From Aplysia californica (lineage: Eukaryota), in the NCBI RefSeq assembly GCF_000002075.1, contig NW_004797358.1, positions 1,495,825 to 1,557,164 of the forward strand: a stretch of DNA of 61,340 nucleotides. The letters are read 5' to 3'. Within the stretch, counting starts at the first letter, position 1. Every line of letters starts with the position of its first letter. The position numbers and the translations under genes were made by a program. This document shows, in pieces, positions 60,076-61,340 of the stretch. The notes below the pieces were generated by a model. It was not told the DNA's origin and did no database searches. It worked only from the letters and a program-made list of their open reading frames with translations.

Positions 60076-61340
60076 TAAACTACCCGCAAAAGGTTGTGTA
60101 TATATAATAACAGACGAAGAACAAAAATGCGTTGCGTAACTTTATTGTTAAATATCTCCAGAACTATCGAACATAGATTCTCCAACTTTTGCACTATGAC
60201 TTATATCAATTTGTCTTCACAGGTGAATATAAAAAACACACCTGCTCACTGTATTCTAGAAAATTCCTCAATAAATACTAATTTAAAGATTTTAAAAAGT
60301 TTACAGCATGGGAAATATCATTTTTAAAAGCAAGTCTGTCTTTTTAAAATATTTTTTTAACTAATAGTAACGTTATGCTTATATTAAACGTATGTTTAGG
60401 GAACCTGCCTTTAGTGCCAAAAATGTGTTCACTATGAAATTAATTTCTTGTAAGAAGTTTTGCCACTAAAAAGTGTCATTGACGAGCTGTGACGTAGATA
60501 GATTCTAAGCCATATATATATATATATGCGTATGCAAAATGTGTGCGAGAAATGGGAAGTGCTATGAACTATGAACAATCATATTTTCCGGGGGCATGAT
60601 GGAGATTTATAGTAGGCCCTACATGTATTTAATATACATTTATGTAGAAAAGTTTCTAAATTGAGCCTCAGTTGTTGTGGAAAAATGTGATTAAGTTAAG
60701 ACAAATTGAAACAAACTGATGTGCAAAGCATGGGTGACATTGATTCTCCCGTTAAAGATATATTTGAGGATCAGTTGGGCCATGAATTTTTGACCGCACT
60801 GTAGTAGACTCTGTGCTCGCGAGACACTTTGGCAAAGGCTGTGCTAGCAGCTTGAAGTCGGAACAGGTCCGGTGGTGCAGAGTTGGTCAAAGCAGGTCAA
60901 AGTTTACATTGCTTGGTCTCTGGTACTGGTCTCTGGTTAAAGCAGAGAGTTTAGAGAGACGGCACTTCGCCCGGTTGCGCGTATCTGGGTCACCAGCTGA
61001 TCGTGGAGAAACGCGCGGTAAACAAAACAAACTGCGTCCATTGTTCTCAAGTTCAAGGCATTTACGTTGATCGCTGACAAGCACGGCCCCGGTTAGCACG
61101 AAGTGTCAATGGTGTTCTACTATAAACTGCACCTATTAAAATAAAAATCTGAGTTTCTTTCGATTTCCAAAGGATGACGAATATTGTTGTTTTGATGAAT
61201 AGAAAAATATGGATCAAAATAATGACAATATGAAATGATTGTGGTCCTACCAGACTGACACTCCAAGCACAAACTCAACACACTTCAACTTTTGAGCCTG
61301 CATTCTACTAGTGAAAGATATGTCTAAAAGTTTTCTAAAT

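Overview
AT-rich eukaryotic (invertebrate animal, probably lophotrochozoan/mollusc-like; taxon not provable from sequence) genomic DNA with spliced genes and four assembly gaps. Three host genes were reconstructed by hand from GT-AG splice sites and reading phase: the last coding exon of RWDD1 (+, 1094-1215); a complete 15-exon ALDH16A1 (-, 34435..8276, 815 aa); and a complete 10-exon PIH1D1 (+, 35028..51061, 315 aa). ALDH16A1 and PIH1D1 are head-to-head with 592 bp between start codons, the same divergent pairing as in human. The ALDH16A1 has lost the catalytic Cys ([11 protein letters not shown]) and other active-site residues, so it looks like a pseudoenzyme. ALDH16A1 intron 1 holds a full-length but decayed Ty3/Gypsy (Mag-like) LTR retrotransposon (27168-32790) nested in a Tc1/mariner-type MITE. 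This element has TA...TA termini and no tRNA primer-binding site; instead the 10-11 nt at the PBS position are the perfect reverse complement of a sequence inside its own LTR, the signature of Tf1-style self-priming. The rest is introns and intergenic DNA rich in tRNA-derived SINEs, MITEs (Tc1/mariner-, hAT-, piggyBac-, Merlin-like) and RTE and L2/CR1 LINE fragments.
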